Notes under the pieces: generated by a model
Told to the model about the DNA's origin: nothing
The model's input: the letters and a program-made list of their open reading frames with translations, nothing else
Databases searched by the model: none
Position numbers and translations under genes: made by a program
In this document: in pieces, positions 1 through 25,984 of the stretch
Layout of the letters: each line of letters opens with the position of its first letter
Position numbering within the stretch: the first letter of the stretch is position 1
Source: Hydrolagus affinis
Taxonomy: Eukaryota
Assembly: GCA_012026655.1 (NCBI GenBank)
Contig: JAAILG010001568.1
Span: forward strand, 1 to 64,000
Length of the DNA stretch: 64,000 nt
Reading direction: 5' to 3'

Positions 1-536
1 GAGGGAGGGAGGGAGATGACGATGTTGTCTTGTTTATTACTGCCTTGTTTTGCCTGTCGCCGGGCACCGCTGAAGCGAAGCTGCCGTCGCCTCGTCTTTG
101 TTGCCGACTCCCAGCGAGAAGGGATCCGATCCTAACCTATTCTGTCCTATCGATCCGGCTCCAGTCGGGTGATGTCCGCCATCTCCCACCCACCCCTCAG
201 CGGGTGGTGATGGTGGGGGTGGGGTCTCCGAGCAAAATCAATCCCATGTTATTAGCCGTATGTATCGCCCCCGGGTCAGAGCAGAACAGAGTGGGGCGAG
301 GCTCCATCCGAGGCGTTTCTCTCCCTGAAGCTGGTGGTGAAATAGTCTGAGTGTTTGTCCAGACGCCACTGGTGAGGAGGAGGAGGAGGAGGGTGAGGCT
401 CTGAGTCTCTGATCCGTTATCCTGTCTACAAGGCGATTGCAGATCTGTTTTTGTCCTTTTAATCTTAATCGGGTTCAGTTTTTTCTCGACAAGATCTTGG
501 GCTCGTTTGTGCAGGCAGTTTCCCCGCACAGCCCGG
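1..536 (+). promoter_or_regulatory. WDR47: GC/CpG-rich promoter and probable non-coding first exon of WDR47
   Basis: CpG-rich stretch about 1.1 kb upstream of the first coding exon; candidate donor CGG|GTATGA at 536/537. The TSS cannot be determined from sequence. Confidence 0.5.
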
Positions 537-1669
537 GTATGACGCCACGTTTAGTGTGTTGTGTTATGTTATATGTGTGTGTCTAGTTTTTATCTTGTTA
601 TTTGTGTGTTCCCACTGTTAAATGAACCAGCCGTCTTGTACATGTATAAGGCACCAGTGACACGTTTGTATCTTTCTGTTCGGCTCAGGAATTGTTTCAA
701 TGTAGATTTTGTGCATAGAGATCATATCATACCTTTAAATGTTTTGATTTGTTGGGAAGGAAGAATGGGTTAAAGGTTAATATGTTCTGATTATAATATT
801 TAGTCGTGTGGCATTGGGGTTAATGCATAGTGAGTAAGTGTAGTTTGTGGAGTGAATAGTTTTTATTTTTTAAGGTAATTTTTATTTTTTAAACAAAGAG
901 CATCAATTTGCCTTTTGCTGAAATATGAGTGGAGAAAATGGTGTGATGTCGGTTCACATGGCACACCTTATGGTTGTTGAAATTGGTTATACTGCTGATT
1001 CAGCCACACCTATTGTAATATTTTGAGTGTATGCCAACAGGGTTCCCTGTATCCCAGTACGAGATGTTATCAGTGATAATAAACCATGGTGGCCATAATG
1101 ACACAATTGTTTGTTTTTGGTGTAAAGTGCGGTAATTATGGGAAAATTATGAAAAGCTGTTGTGAAGTTTTGATTTAAAAAATTGTCTCTGCGGTTTGAT
1201 TTAGTCCTATCCCGTTCAAATTTCCCTTCGTTCTTAGAATTATTTTAGTTAATTCCCTGGAGTAAATTATTATTTTCATAAAATCTAAACCAGTTATTTA
1301 CTAGTCTATATTATAAGGTGTATGATGTATTTTCTAAGACGAGATAAGAAATAGAGCATTCATCACCTATGGAGGTTTTTGTCTGAAACATGAAAGTTGT
1401 AAACATGAAATTCAAAGTGCAGTATTTTCACGAGCCTACCGTAAATGCTTTAGATCATAGTTTCCATGGGAAACGGTGTAGAATGTACAATTGAACTTTT
1501 CCCCCTTTTTATGGGTGGTGCCTCTGCTTTCAGTGCTCATGGCAATATTTGGAATTCTGCATTTAGATGATTACTGGAGTGCGGCTGTAGCTTCCTGTCA
1601 CAATGGCACAGAACAGCAGCTCTATTTGTTAAATTACATGCTTTTTTATTTTTAGGTCTGTTCACTTGA

Positions 1670-14815
<13,146 letters not shown>

Positions 14816-15739
14816 CTATCCTCTGCCAATGCAGACAAAGCACAATTGTAATTGTAATCCAAGATCTGAATTTATTGGCAATCATGGATTAATAACTTTT
14901 TGTAGCTGGCCAGTGGAACATGTGGGATGGCACAGGCAGGTCGGTGTGGTGCTGTTCATGCTAAATGAAACTGTTGTTTGTGCTTGTATTACGCTGTGCT
15001 TAAGTCTTCCAATGTGATCAGGCTGCTGTCACTGATAAAAAGAACCCTGTTGCCAAATTTACACGATGACTTGTTGTTTGTAATGTACAAGACTAAGCAA
15101 GGCAAATGTGTTTGGTTAATATTTATGACATTCCTTGTTCGGTGTGCCAGTGACTAATGTAGAAAGCTGGCTGTGTATTATAGAGCTCTGTACCAGTTGT
15201 GTATGTCAGCAAGTCACAGTGAATTGAAATTAAATCAACAGTTCACCCAAACAGGAAGTTGTAGTCGTAGAAAGTATTTAAAAAAATGGCCAGCACTGGC
15301 AGCACTCCCAAGGTGAGAAAACGAGATGGTTGACAAAATATTTTGAATGTAACTTATTTGCTTTTATACTTCACGTAGCATGGCTTTCCACTGTGTGCCG
15401 CATGGATAATAAGTACAGTATTTACACATTTCCCTCCATAACACTAATAACTTCCGTTCTTATACATCAAAAGTTTTTTCGTGTGAAAAACAGTTAGTTT
15501 CCTTGATATATTCTGTTTGTATATGTAATGCTTATTATATTTTCATATTGTACAGTTTAGTTTAATTTAAACTCCCTAAATATTGGGTTCATTATTAATA
15601 TTTAACTTATGCATTTGTGTGTTTGGCTACAAGAACTAAGATGTAAGCACCTAAGCACTCCCGTTTAGTTTTTCTAACCATTGTAATGAGTAAAAAGTTA
15701 ACCTGAGAATTTGGAAGTGTGATTGTGCAGTGTTTTCTC

Positions 15740-15745
15740 AATAAA
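15740..15745 (+). terminator. WDR47: Probable WDR47 polyadenylation signal AATAAA
   Basis: AATAAA about 0.9 kb after the stop codon, at the end of an AT-rich 3' UTR-like stretch and just before repeats resume. Confidence 0.6.
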
Positions 15746-15954
15746 GACTTTTATTTAATACAAATGTAAAAGGAAAATGTTTCATATTGCGACTGAAGCA
15801 TACATAATTCTGTATTTGTCTCATAATAGAAGCACATGTGAAATCTATTTACAGAATTGACCTGTTCTGATGAAAAGGTGTAAATGGGCTCAATGACACC
15901 ACTTCAGATGAAGGCTGCTATATAAATGCAGGTTGTTGCTGTAAATGAGCATTT

Positions 15955-16310
15955 GAATCATGTAGCACAATGGTTCAAGTGCTCGCCTCGTAAGCGAGAG
16001 ACCTGGGTTTGATTCCTGGCAGGGCGAAATGTTGGGCAAGTTTCCTTACTCCATACACCTCTGTTTACCTAGAGGTAAGTAGGAACCTTGTTGTTGGTCG
16101 ACCTGTGGATAGTTTTTCCAGGAGTAATAATTCCTTCAAAAAAAGAGTCACTTCAATCCACGACTGCTTGTGGGATACTGCTGTGGGCAATTAGCCTCTT
16201 GTGTTTCACCCACAAAATATAGTCAATTCACTTTACAGTATATTCTGAAGTGCTGTGAGACATCTCAAACATAATAAAGCGCTATGTCATCAATACTATT
16301 GTAATTATTC
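15955..16310 (+). mobile_element. tRNA-derived SINE (subfamily A)
   Basis: A-box-like TAGCACAATGG and B-box-like GTTTGATTCC; body CTCTGTTTACCTAG..GTAAGTAGGAACC; L2-like 3' end. Confidence 0.8.
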
Positions 16311-17458
16311 TGTGTTGCAGCGTACAGCTTAATATTCATATCAAATGATGATCCAGAGAAGTTCTTCTATTAAACTACAGTTAGAATTATTTTTATAAAA
16401 ATTGAGACCAAGTGGACTATGCACTTTTTCCTTACCTCTCTACAATCAATGACAGAGCATTGTTGAGAGAAGCCTGCGAACAACAACGGTCTGGCAGTCA
16501 AGAAGACTTTGCTAAATGAGTTAGTTTCACAATGACAAGTACTACCAGATTGATCTCTAATCAATGCATATTGGGAAGCTTCAGTGAATCAAGTTTATTT
16601 CTGAATACCTCTGTGACCTAGGCTGAAGCCATTTGTGTTACTCCCTCTTTATACTGTATTGAAAAATAACAAGAGAGCTTGAATGAGACACAGTTAAGAA
16701 AACTCAACTGTGTTTTTATTATGGATCATTCAGAATCCCAAACTCCTCAGAAATAGTTCTCAAGTGATTTCCATGAATAGCAATGAATTACACAACCATG
16801 AATTAGAGAAGTAAATGACTTACGGTAAGTGTAATTGGTGCCCTTAATAGTTCACTCAGTTGCCCATTAGGAGACAAGTAAGCTTTCCAATCCTTCATCT
16901 GCATGTCAGAATGTTAACTTACCTGCCAAACTGTTAAACTGACGTCTTTGGAGTCTTGATGGCACCATCCAGGTCACAAACATTTAAATTAATTTAAAAA
17001 TGTATTTAAATTAATATTCTAAAAACTGATATTCACATCCGCTCGTTCTTTTTCGAACTTTTGGTGTTTGTACAGGTTTACCTGAGCTGATTCAGATCAG
17101 ACAATAACTATGTTTAAACAACCAATGTTTTAAACTACATTATAGAAACTTTAAACACTTCCAACAGGTTAATATTTCCAACACATACATTAAACAACAG
17201 AAGCTATAGTTATTAAAGACAGACAGGTTACGTAAACGAGGGGTAACTGACAATGTTGATGGTACCCACTTTGGGATTGAAAACTATTAGTGATTGACGG
17301 ATTTCAGCAACAATCCAGCTATGCAAGTTGGCGATAAAAAATCACCTTACAAAGTTACTACTGCCTTCCAATATAGATGGTGAGATCTGAAGCAAGGTGA
17401 ATGGTAAGTAATATATGTGCAGTTTAAAGTTAAGAGGAAATTTTATCAAAGAAACGAC

Positions 17459-17660
17459 AACTACTCCTCTGCTCACCTCCTCTGTTCAGCTAACAGGACT
17501 ACTGCACGTCCCTTGTCCCATCTGCACCATCATCAGTGGCCAAGCCTTCAGTTACGCTGCCCGTAACCTTTGGAACTCCAACTCTCCACTTCACCTCCCT
17601 CCCTATCTGTTTTGAAATATCACCTCAAAATAACCTCTTCCAATTGCGCCTTTGGTTTCC
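17459..17660 (+). mobile_element. L2-type LINE 3' fragment
   Basis: Translates to SGQAFSYAARNLWNS, the L2 C-terminal motif. Confidence 0.7.
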
Positions 17661-18059
17661 TCCCACTTCTCCCTTGGTCTATTTCCAGCCCTGCTGCTAC
17701 CAAGCTTTCTGGTGTCCCCAAGTCTTGGCTCTTGCCAACCTGCGCCTAATACTCTCCCGAATTAGGTCAGCAGGATGCGTTCCTTCAAGGAAGAGATTGC
17801 GCATTCCACTCCAACAAACTATCTCTGGGATTTCCATGCGTAGGTGGGATACATGGAAATCTTAATGGCTTTCCACATGTGTCAGACAAAAAAATCTATG
17901 GGAAGTGAAGTGTCCTTTTAAACTCCCAAGTTGTTATTCCAAACCTCACTGTTGCAAGATACTGCATCATTTGCTGTGTGTCATGTCAGTCAAGCAATGT
18001 TGCACTTCTTCACACGCTTCCTGCTACCAACTGTCAGACAGGATTGTCAGTCAGACTTG

Positions 18060-18443
18060 GGAGTCCTGTAGCTCAGTGGTTAGAGCACTCGCCGAAGCGT
18101 TTCGAATCCAGGCAGGTCAGGGCGAAAGTTTCCTTACTCCACACGCCTACAACAACAACAACTTTGATTTATATAGCGCACTCCACGCTGGACGGCGTCT
18201 CAGAGCGCTTCCTAATAATAATCCCTTCCCCCCCCCACCACCCCCGAAAAAACACAACAATAAAATTGGTCATTTAAATCCACGACGACCGTTTGTGGGA
18301 CACTTCTGCGCGCAATTGGCTGCCGCTGTTTTTGAAAACACAAGTCAATTATTCGCTTTACGGTACATTGTGTGATGTGCCGCGAGACGTCTAGAAGATG
18401 TGAAACGCGCCCTATCACATGCAGGGATTATTATTATTTTATT
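18060..18443 (+). mobile_element. tRNA-derived SINE (subfamily B) with a nested inverted L2 tail
   Basis: Head GGAGTCCTGTAGCTCAGTGGTTAGAGCACTCGCC; body GTTTGTGGGACAC..GCGCAATTGGCTGCC; (ATT)n tail; insert at about 18149-18210. Confidence 0.85.
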
Positions 18444-18599
18444 ACGGGATTAATAAATCCTGCGATAAAGGTACAGCAAAGGTACAGCAGCGCTGCGATG
18501 AAGGAAGCCAGGAAGGAGCCTGCAGTTCTCCCAGATATCACCAGAGCAGGGCTGGGCTGTTTCACGTTTGTTCTACAATAGCAATGTCTCATCCTCCCA

Positions 18600-19260
18600 T
18601 CACCACCATCACCAAAGCAAATGGCTCCCACTCAACAGGCCATGGGACGCGGGTGGCTTTGGAGAGTTAAAACCAGCGCACGGTGAATGATTAGCGATGA
18701 AACCAGCCCGACACAAAGCCCTGAACCCGCAGTGAAGGTTGGCNNNNNNNNNNNNNNNNNNNNNNNNNNNNNNNNNNNNNNNNNNNNNNNNNNNNNNNNN
18801 NNNNNNNNNNNNNNNNNNNNNNNNNNNNNNNNNNNNNNNNNNNGCTAGAATCACCTTTTGTTTTGCACGATTGCAAATCGTTGGTAATTAGTGCGTTTCG
18901 TTTATTATTCCGTGTGTGATTGGCAGCTGGTCTGTGGGTGTGGGGGGGTGTGTGTGAGACTTTTGGATCGGATCCGACCGCCCTGATGTGACTTGACCAA
19001 CACAGTCACACGCTGTATGCGATGCCTTGGTTACAATGTTAATTGCGCTGAGCGTTGGGTCACTGGCGACCTTGATGCGGTGTGTAATTAGTGCAAACCC
19101 AGCGCGGAGCAGTCGGGGCTGGGCTGGGCTGAGGCGGGGGGGCGTTTGTACAGAGAGAGTGTGTCTGTCGTGTCCGGGTACTGGAGGTTGGGCAAATTGG
19201 GGGAGAAAAACACAACCAGGAAGTGACAATAGGCCAAAAGTGGGATCTAAATATAGATAC
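18600..19260 (+). promoter_or_regulatory. CLCC1: Putative CLCC1 promoter / non-coding first exon region
   Basis: Locally CpG-rich, with a GC-box-like GAGGCGGGG, reverse CCAAT (GATTGG) and ETS-like CAGGAAGTG, about 1 kb upstream of the first coding exon. Interrupted by the gap. Confidence 0.4.
18744..18843. other. Assembly gap (100 N)
   Basis: Run of N inside the CpG-richer region upstream of CLCC1. Confidence 1.
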
Positions 19261-19424
19261 ACAGAGAGTAACGAAGCAGGGAGTTTAAGCGAACATCCCA
19301 CATGTATTATTGCCTGTCTCTTGTTCTCTATATCGCGTGTGGATTGATGTGCTATGTGTTTTCTGGATTTATTGATCATTTTTTCCTATATCCTGCAGCC
19401 TCCTATATTGGTGTCGGTTTATTC

Positions 19425-19660
19425 CAGCCTTGAAGGAGGCAAGGGAGGGAGTGGGGCGAAGGGACTGTGGGAAGGGGTTCCAGAGTGCGGGGGTGGGGGG
19501 GGCAGAGACAGGCTGAACAGAGGGGGCAGGCAGGTTCAGAGGGAGGCAGCAGGTCGGAGAGATAGGAGGGGGGCAAGGCTGTGAACGGCCTTGAAAGTAA
19601 GGACGAGGATCTTGAATTTGATCCTCTGGGGGAATGGGAGCCAATAGAGTCGGGGGAGTG
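19425..19660 (-). mobile_element. L2-type LINE fragment
   Basis: Minus-strand translation LYWLPFPQRIKFKILVLTFKAVHSLAP, an L2 ORF2 C-terminal region. Confidence 0.8.
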
Positions 19661-19669
19661 ATGTGGTCG

Positions 19670-19890
19670 CGGAGCTTAGTGCGGGAGACCTGGATTCAAA
19701 TCCAGGCAGGGCGGAACCTTGGGCAAGTATCCTTATTCCACACGCCTGATAATAACCCCTCGAAAAAAAAAGCCATTTCAATCTGCGACTGTTTGTGGGA
19801 CACTTCTGTGCTGCATTTCGCCCACAAATATACAGTCAATTCACTTTACAGTATATTATGTGAAGAGCTTCGAGACATCTTCTTCGATGG
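19670..19890 (+). mobile_element. tRNA-derived SINE (subfamily B), 5' truncated, followed by an L2 tail at about 19955-20040
   Basis: GAGACCTGGATTCAAATCCAGGCAGGGCGGAACCTTGGGCAAG..CCACACGCCTGATAATAACCC, shared with the other copies. Confidence 0.75.
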
Positions 19891-20152
19891 ATACATCGGC
19901 AACTCCTGATCCCCCCCATCCCTACTCCCCACCTCCCTGTCCTCAGCTCGGGTCTGAAGCAGTGACTGTCCAGCGCCTTGGGACATCCTCCTGATGTGAA
20001 CGGCGCTATACAAATGTACTGTAATTTTGTTGTTGTTATTGTCTAGAAGACATGAAAAGTGCTATATCAAATGCAAGGATTATCATTGTTATTGTATCTC
20101 CTAATATATGTTACATTCAGTGCCCAGTTTCTCCCACTCTACGGAAGAAACT

Positions 20153-23100
20153 ATGTGTCTGCGTTGGTTAATTTTTGGGCTGCTTTTGACTGTGAATGGA
20201 CTGGAAGATCAGGACGATGATGAATGGATCGATCCCCATGATATGTTGAACTACGATGCTGTAACAGGCAGAATGATCAAACCACAGCCGGTAACAATTG
20301 TTTTATCAGCAGTGCAAATATATTTGCAGTAAAATTTACCGCAGCAGAAATGTGCATTGTCAGAATGAGACACGATTAAAAAAAAGTCAACGTACATTTT
20401 TTTGAATTGCTCTCCGGATTAACTTTGGCATTTTGTACAGTTCGTTTGGGATTTACTTCAGGCAATTTGCGAAAACCAGGACCAACTGTTAACCCTCCAA
20501 GCCAAATCCCGAACAATTAGGATGTCCCACGCAGCAGAAATAGAAGCAACCGAAAGCTTGCCCAACAGTAATCTCATTGGCCAACTACAGTTTTAGCTTT
20601 AGTTAAACTCAGCAGTTACAGTCTCATGCCCAATAGCTGTTATCCACCTCCACATTATTTACATCCCCCCCACCACCCATCTGCCTCTTTTTTGATACAG
20701 TTGAGGGAAATTCAAAATAAAGTGAAATGCGTCACAGTTTCAGAATTTGGTGGATTTAGGTTAGCGCTGTTGGGATGGGTGGCATCTGTATTTCTAGTTG
20801 TTGGTTACTAAGTGTTTTATTGTGTGTAAGTATGATTGTGATTTTGCCCTTTATTTCCTTGTTGAAGACCATAAGTGAGCAATATTCCGATACATCCCCT
20901 GAAGACAATGTGGAAACACAGGGGAGTGATGTCCCTTCTGCAGAATTGTCTTATTGTCGGAGACAACTTGAAATATTACAAAATGAGGTTTGTATTACTG
21001 TTCTGTGATGCTTAGGTTAATGCGATTGCCAGTAAAGTAATGTAAGAGCAATCAGTGTAATACAATTTTTTTTTACTGCTGCAACTTGTGTTAACTGTTG
21101 TAGCATAGCTGGCAGGTGAAGGTGCTGGATGTTGGTGCATTGATTAACCATGAACTCTCTCTTTGTACCTCAAGAAACACACGGTTGAAGAATTCAAAAA
21201 GAAATCTTCAGCTGACTCTGTAGAAATGAGTTGCAGTCCTGTTTTCAAGCGATACCTGAATAAACTACTTTTGGAAGTTGGAAAATTGGGATTAGTAAGT
21301 AATTTTTGCTTCAATTTAATATACTTAGGAGTACAAATGAGTTATTTTGTTATTTTATGGGTTTCCTCGTCCCATGGAAACCAACTGTGTTGGATCTTCT
21401 CTTGTACCTGTCGATTAAGATTTCAAGATTGACCAAACTGTAGTTCAGGATACTATGAAGGGAATTGTCAAAGTTGAAATATTTCCTGTAAACAAATCTA
21501 AAACAAATCGTACAGTTAGTTTCAAGTGCTTGAGACCTATTTCTTTGATGGCACTTTTGGTCACCTTTCTGTGCATCCTGTTAGTGCACCTTCTCTATCC
21601 TGTTAGTTATCTAAAGTCCTTTAAGATCCACTCAATGTGAAAGATTTGTTTCTGCTCTGACCAAACCTAATATAAGAAAAGGAATAATTCTTTGTTTTTT
21701 GTAGCCGGATGACAACAACAATGAACTCCATTACGATGCAGATGTATTCATTACAAAGCAGGACGTGGCTGAAATTAAAAAGTTTCTGAGCGATGAAAAT
21801 TGGAGAGCTGGTGCGATGGATGATGCACTTAGTAAAATTCTAATTAACTTTAAAAATCACAATCCTGACATGTGGAAATGGAAGTTTGAAGACACATTTG
21901 GAGTGGATCCCATGACAGTACTTTTGGTAAGATTGAAATTGTTACTGTTTTTTTGCTTTAGCTCTGCTGCGTGGAGAGCAGTTGGGTAAATTAACCCATT
22001 CCCAGATTATACAGGTGGTACAACATGGTTGTTTGTGGGTCCATAAAATGCATGAGATCTAAATATCTGATCTGTGAGTTCTTAATGTGTCAATACAAAA
22101 CCACTTCAATATTTAACGTTTCCAATTACAAACCCTTTTATTTAAATTATAAGATAATGTCTTGCTGGCGTATATCAAAATGCTTCCCACCACAAGAGAC
22201 ATAAGTTCTCCTTTTGCCCATAAAATATCAAGTCAAACCATTTTACAGCATGTTCTGTGAAGCGCCTTGAGGCGTCTTGATGACCTGATAAAATGCAAGA
22301 ATTAGTAATAATATGATTTTAGTGTGAATATAACTTTTGGTGTTGTAAGCTTTGATCATGAGTGCTGTGCTTTTACCCTGATATATGTTGTAAACCTTTC
22401 TTTACAGTTGTCTGCCAGCATGGCCTGTGTGACTATAATTATCACGACTGAAGTATGGACCTTTATCTCACCACTTACACAACTAGTTCGTTTCTTTGTC
22501 CTCTGCTTTTTCATCAGCATTGGTTGGAATTGGGTGTACTTGTACAAGGTACGTGCCAGAATTTGCTTAGATGAATGGATGTATTATTAAAAAAATATAT
22601 TTGGTTTCAAGATCCTGTGACATGGTTCATATTCTGTGTTATAAATAGAAAGAGCATTGTGGTATGTTGCTTTTTGTTGTTTAAATATTCTAAGTGTTTA
22701 GAATTATGTGTTACAATTTGCTCAGCTGAATTTTGGAGCGTGGTATCATAATTTCTCAACTGTACAAAACTTTCAATGTTAGATAGATTCCCTTCAGGCC
22801 CTAGCACCTCCCTATCTCTCTGATCTTCTTTGCCCACCCACTCTGCTCAGTTACCACAGGCCTAAAGCACCCACCCCCCCTACCCACTTTGAGCCACCAG
22901 CAGTGGTGAATCCTTCAATATTACATCCTCAGCTTCTGGAACTCCCTGCCTCTACCCCTCCTCCTCAACCCCCTCCCCCCGCCTCCCCCACCCTCCTATG
23001 TTTAATGCCTCACCCTAAAACCTACCTCTTTGACCAAGGCCAGGATTATCTTCCCTTCTCTCTTGCACTAAAACTAATGCGACAACAAAATTACATTCAT

Positions 23101-25921
23101 ACTGCCACTGTAACATTGCAAGATGTTGTCCTATGTGAAGTGTGCTATGTAAATGTGTTATTGTTTTTACTCTAACCTAAATTGATGCTTGCTGAAGTTG
23201 CATTACCTAACTTTTGCTAAAATGATTTTCAGATTGCTTTCGCTCAGCGACATGCTGATGCTGTCAAGCTCGAACTTGATAGATCTGTATGTACAGGGGT
23301 TGAGAGGATGGATTGGAAGGGGAGTCTCTCTCGTAAGTATTTTTAAGGGTTGAAAAAATCTTCACACGGTTTAGTGTCCCAGAGTGCTTAACAGTGCTAG
23401 AGTCCAACACTGAGTCAGGGGGAGAGGGAGGGGGAAGGTCACTGTAAGCACGTTGAAAAAGTAAGGTCTTTAGGTGGGTTTTGAAGATGGGGACAGATGG
23501 ATTGAGGGAGAGAGTTCCAGAGTCTCAGGGCGTGGTGGCTAAAGGCATAGCCACCGATAGTGGAGCAGAGGCAATGAGGGACAAACAGGTTCAAAAAGCA
23601 ATATAATATCAATATATAATATCAGTCTCTCTCATTGATCGCACATGGAACAGGGTAACTCGGATGAAGGTATTAGAACAGTATCCCATTTTGGAGGGAA
23701 ACCACAGGGGGGAAATTGTAGAGAAGGAAAAATAACATGTACACTTCTGGTGAACTTCTAAATGTGGCAATTTTTGTTTGAGTGGTTAGAGGCATTGACC
23801 CTCTAGATTTGGTACCAATCAATCAGTTTGGTGATGGCATTGATTTTAGAAGCATTTTGTGATAATTCTTTGCAGTTTTAATTTTGAAATGCATTTATTT
23901 GGAATTGATGTACCTTTTAACATCCGGTTACTCTGATCTAAATAGAATGGTTTATGCGAATATGGACTATACATGAAGATCCATGTGAAAAATACTATGA
24001 ACATATATTAGTGAATCCTATTCTTGAAGTCCCTCCAACAAAGGTAACATGAATAGCATTGAGCTGCAAATTCTAAAATGTTTCATTCTGTTTGCACTAG
24101 CCATAGACATCAATTTAATGTTTTCTGCTCTAGGCACTGGCACTTACTTTAACATCATTTATCATCGAGCCATTGAATCACATTGGGCAACCAATCAGCC
24201 GCTTTTTACGAGACATTCTTAAAGACCTACCATGGATGTTACAAATTATGGTGTGTCTTGTCATAGTCGTGTCTTTTGCTGTAAGTATTATTTCTTTAAT
24301 GACAAAAATATAGTTTTGATATAGTGGTTATCTTTTGGGTTCAATGTTATTGGTGGGTGGCATGTTATTAGTGGGGAAGTATGAAAGAATGAAATGATGC
24401 AGATTTTACCATTTGCCTCTCCTCAGACTGCCAAAGGTCAATGAGCTATATTGCTATAGGGAAGCAACAATACCATTGAACTTCAGCACTAGGTCAGCCT
24501 AGACTGTGTTGTATGCTCGTCATGATGAGATATGATCATTCACTTGATGACTGTGATATTACAGTGTGCAAATTGGCTGCTGTTATTGCCTGTCCATATA
24601 CAACCACTGCACTTAAAGCCAAAAAGGCTTGAGAGTGCTTTGAAATGTTTAGATGTGATATCAACTACAAAGATTATTGTTGTATGTAACATCGACAGGA
24701 GCAAATCTGCTCTGTTCCCTGCAGCATAGCGATTATCTAGCGAGATGCCTGAATTATATTTCTTGCTCCTTATCAGTTGGCATCACTACTGAAGGTGATC
24801 AATACCCTAATTTTATATATTTTATTGGAAATTAGCTTTTTTTAAAAAGTATCTTATTAAGGATGAGATTGGTTCATACCTTCAGTAAAAACCGTCAAAA
24901 GTTCCTGGATCATCTTTTGGCTTATTACTGTACAATATCAATGAATATTGTGCTGCTTTAAAACACCCACCCCCTTCCCGAGGACGTCTTGATGATGTGA
25001 TAAGACACGGTGTTAAATGCAAGAACTCTTCTTAGTATTATTATTGCACCAACATAAATCACACTGCCTGAAGTGGTTCTAATATCAGAAGAATTAATTA
25101 CAGTTGTACAGATCTAACTGTGGGTTGTTTCCTTTTGTGTTTTACAGGCATTCTGCTATTCCTCCGGCCATGCAGTTGTTCAGTATGGTTTAATGAGACA
25201 ACTTCCAGGCACAGGTCATCAAGGCCAGCCGCCTCCTCCAGTCATGTACCACAGTGTGCCATATGGTGCTAATTATGCCCTTCAGCCAGGCGGAGGATAT
25301 GTGGATTACCAAGCTGGTGGCGATGCCGCGCATATGCCGATGCTCCGAAGAGGTGGCAACCAAGACCGTGATCCAGCCATATTTCCACGTTCTAATATAC
25401 TAAGAGATCTAGATCAACAGGGGGCGGGACATGCTTATCAACACGATGGAAACGCAATGTATGAAAGAGTTGCGATGCCCGTTAACAGAAGAGGCAGTGA
25501 CCAATTGCGCCAAAGGAAGGTAGCAGATCGACTTTCCTCGGGGTTTCTTGAAGAACTTGGGCCTTCTCACAGTCCCACTGTAAACCGTGCACGGCCACCA
25601 GCACGCACTGCACAATATTGCACAGAAGACTTTGTCGATAGTAATTTTGAAGAACGTGGAGCTGGTGATTTGGAAGCCAAACCCAAAGCTGGTGTGAATG
25701 ATGAAGATGAAGTGGTATTGGAACAGAGAAAACCAGACCAGAAGGAAACCCGAGAGCAAACTGGACAGGATCCAGAAGACCTCAAAACCAATGATGTGCC
25801 CAATGCTAAAATGTCATTGCCTCGCTCAGAGGGCAGAGCTGTAGACACAAAAGGTGGTAATCAAAAGAGTGGAAGAGAACCTGAAATTCAAGTACCAGCA
25901 CTAGAAAATATCGGAACGTAA
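20153..25921 (+). CDS. CLCC1: Chloride channel CLIC-like protein 1 (MCLC; ER membrane), about 619 aa in the form ending at 25921
   Basis: Exons 20153-20290, 20868-20987, 21175-21294, 21705-21926, 22408-22548, 23233-23332, 23946-24043, 24134-24280, 25148-25921; total 1860 nt, phases consistent. Signal peptide plus motifs [74 protein letters not shown] further terminal exon near 27730 is possible. Confidence 0.92.
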
Positions 25922-25984
25922 GTAGGTTTCCTTAGAGATTCCGAAAGCTTTATACTGAAAGTCAAACCTTTATTTGAGTATTTA

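Noticed and set aside
30-773. ORFs of 106, 110 and 70 aa at the window start
   Set aside because: They lie in the GC-rich promoter/5' UTR/intron 1 of WDR47, have no recognisable domain, and some use non-ATG starts.
15416-15422. miR-200b/c/429-type seed match CAGTATT in the WDR47 3' UTR
   Set aside because: A single 7-mer in AT-rich DNA is expected by chance; it needs conservation data.
15955-16030. tRNA-like sequences here and at 18060, 54647, 57661 and 59030-59103
   Set aside because: They are SINE heads joined to shared bodies and tails, not complete cloverleaf tRNA genes.
17415-19994. Dense cluster of overlapping 60-160 aa ORFs between WDR47 and CLCC1
   Set aside because: Explained by L2/SINE fragments and GC-rich promoter DNA. 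There is no coherent exon chain, and an assembly gap interrupts the region.
21170-21190. Possible non-canonical acceptor (ACACACG|GTTGAA) for CLCC1 coding exon 3
   Set aside because: A canonical in-frame AAG acceptor with a pyrimidine tract exists at 21174/21175.
24400-24690. LF-SINE-like or DeuSINE-like relics in a CLCC1 intron
   Set aside because: The resemblance is short and from memory only; it cannot be supported without a Dfam search.
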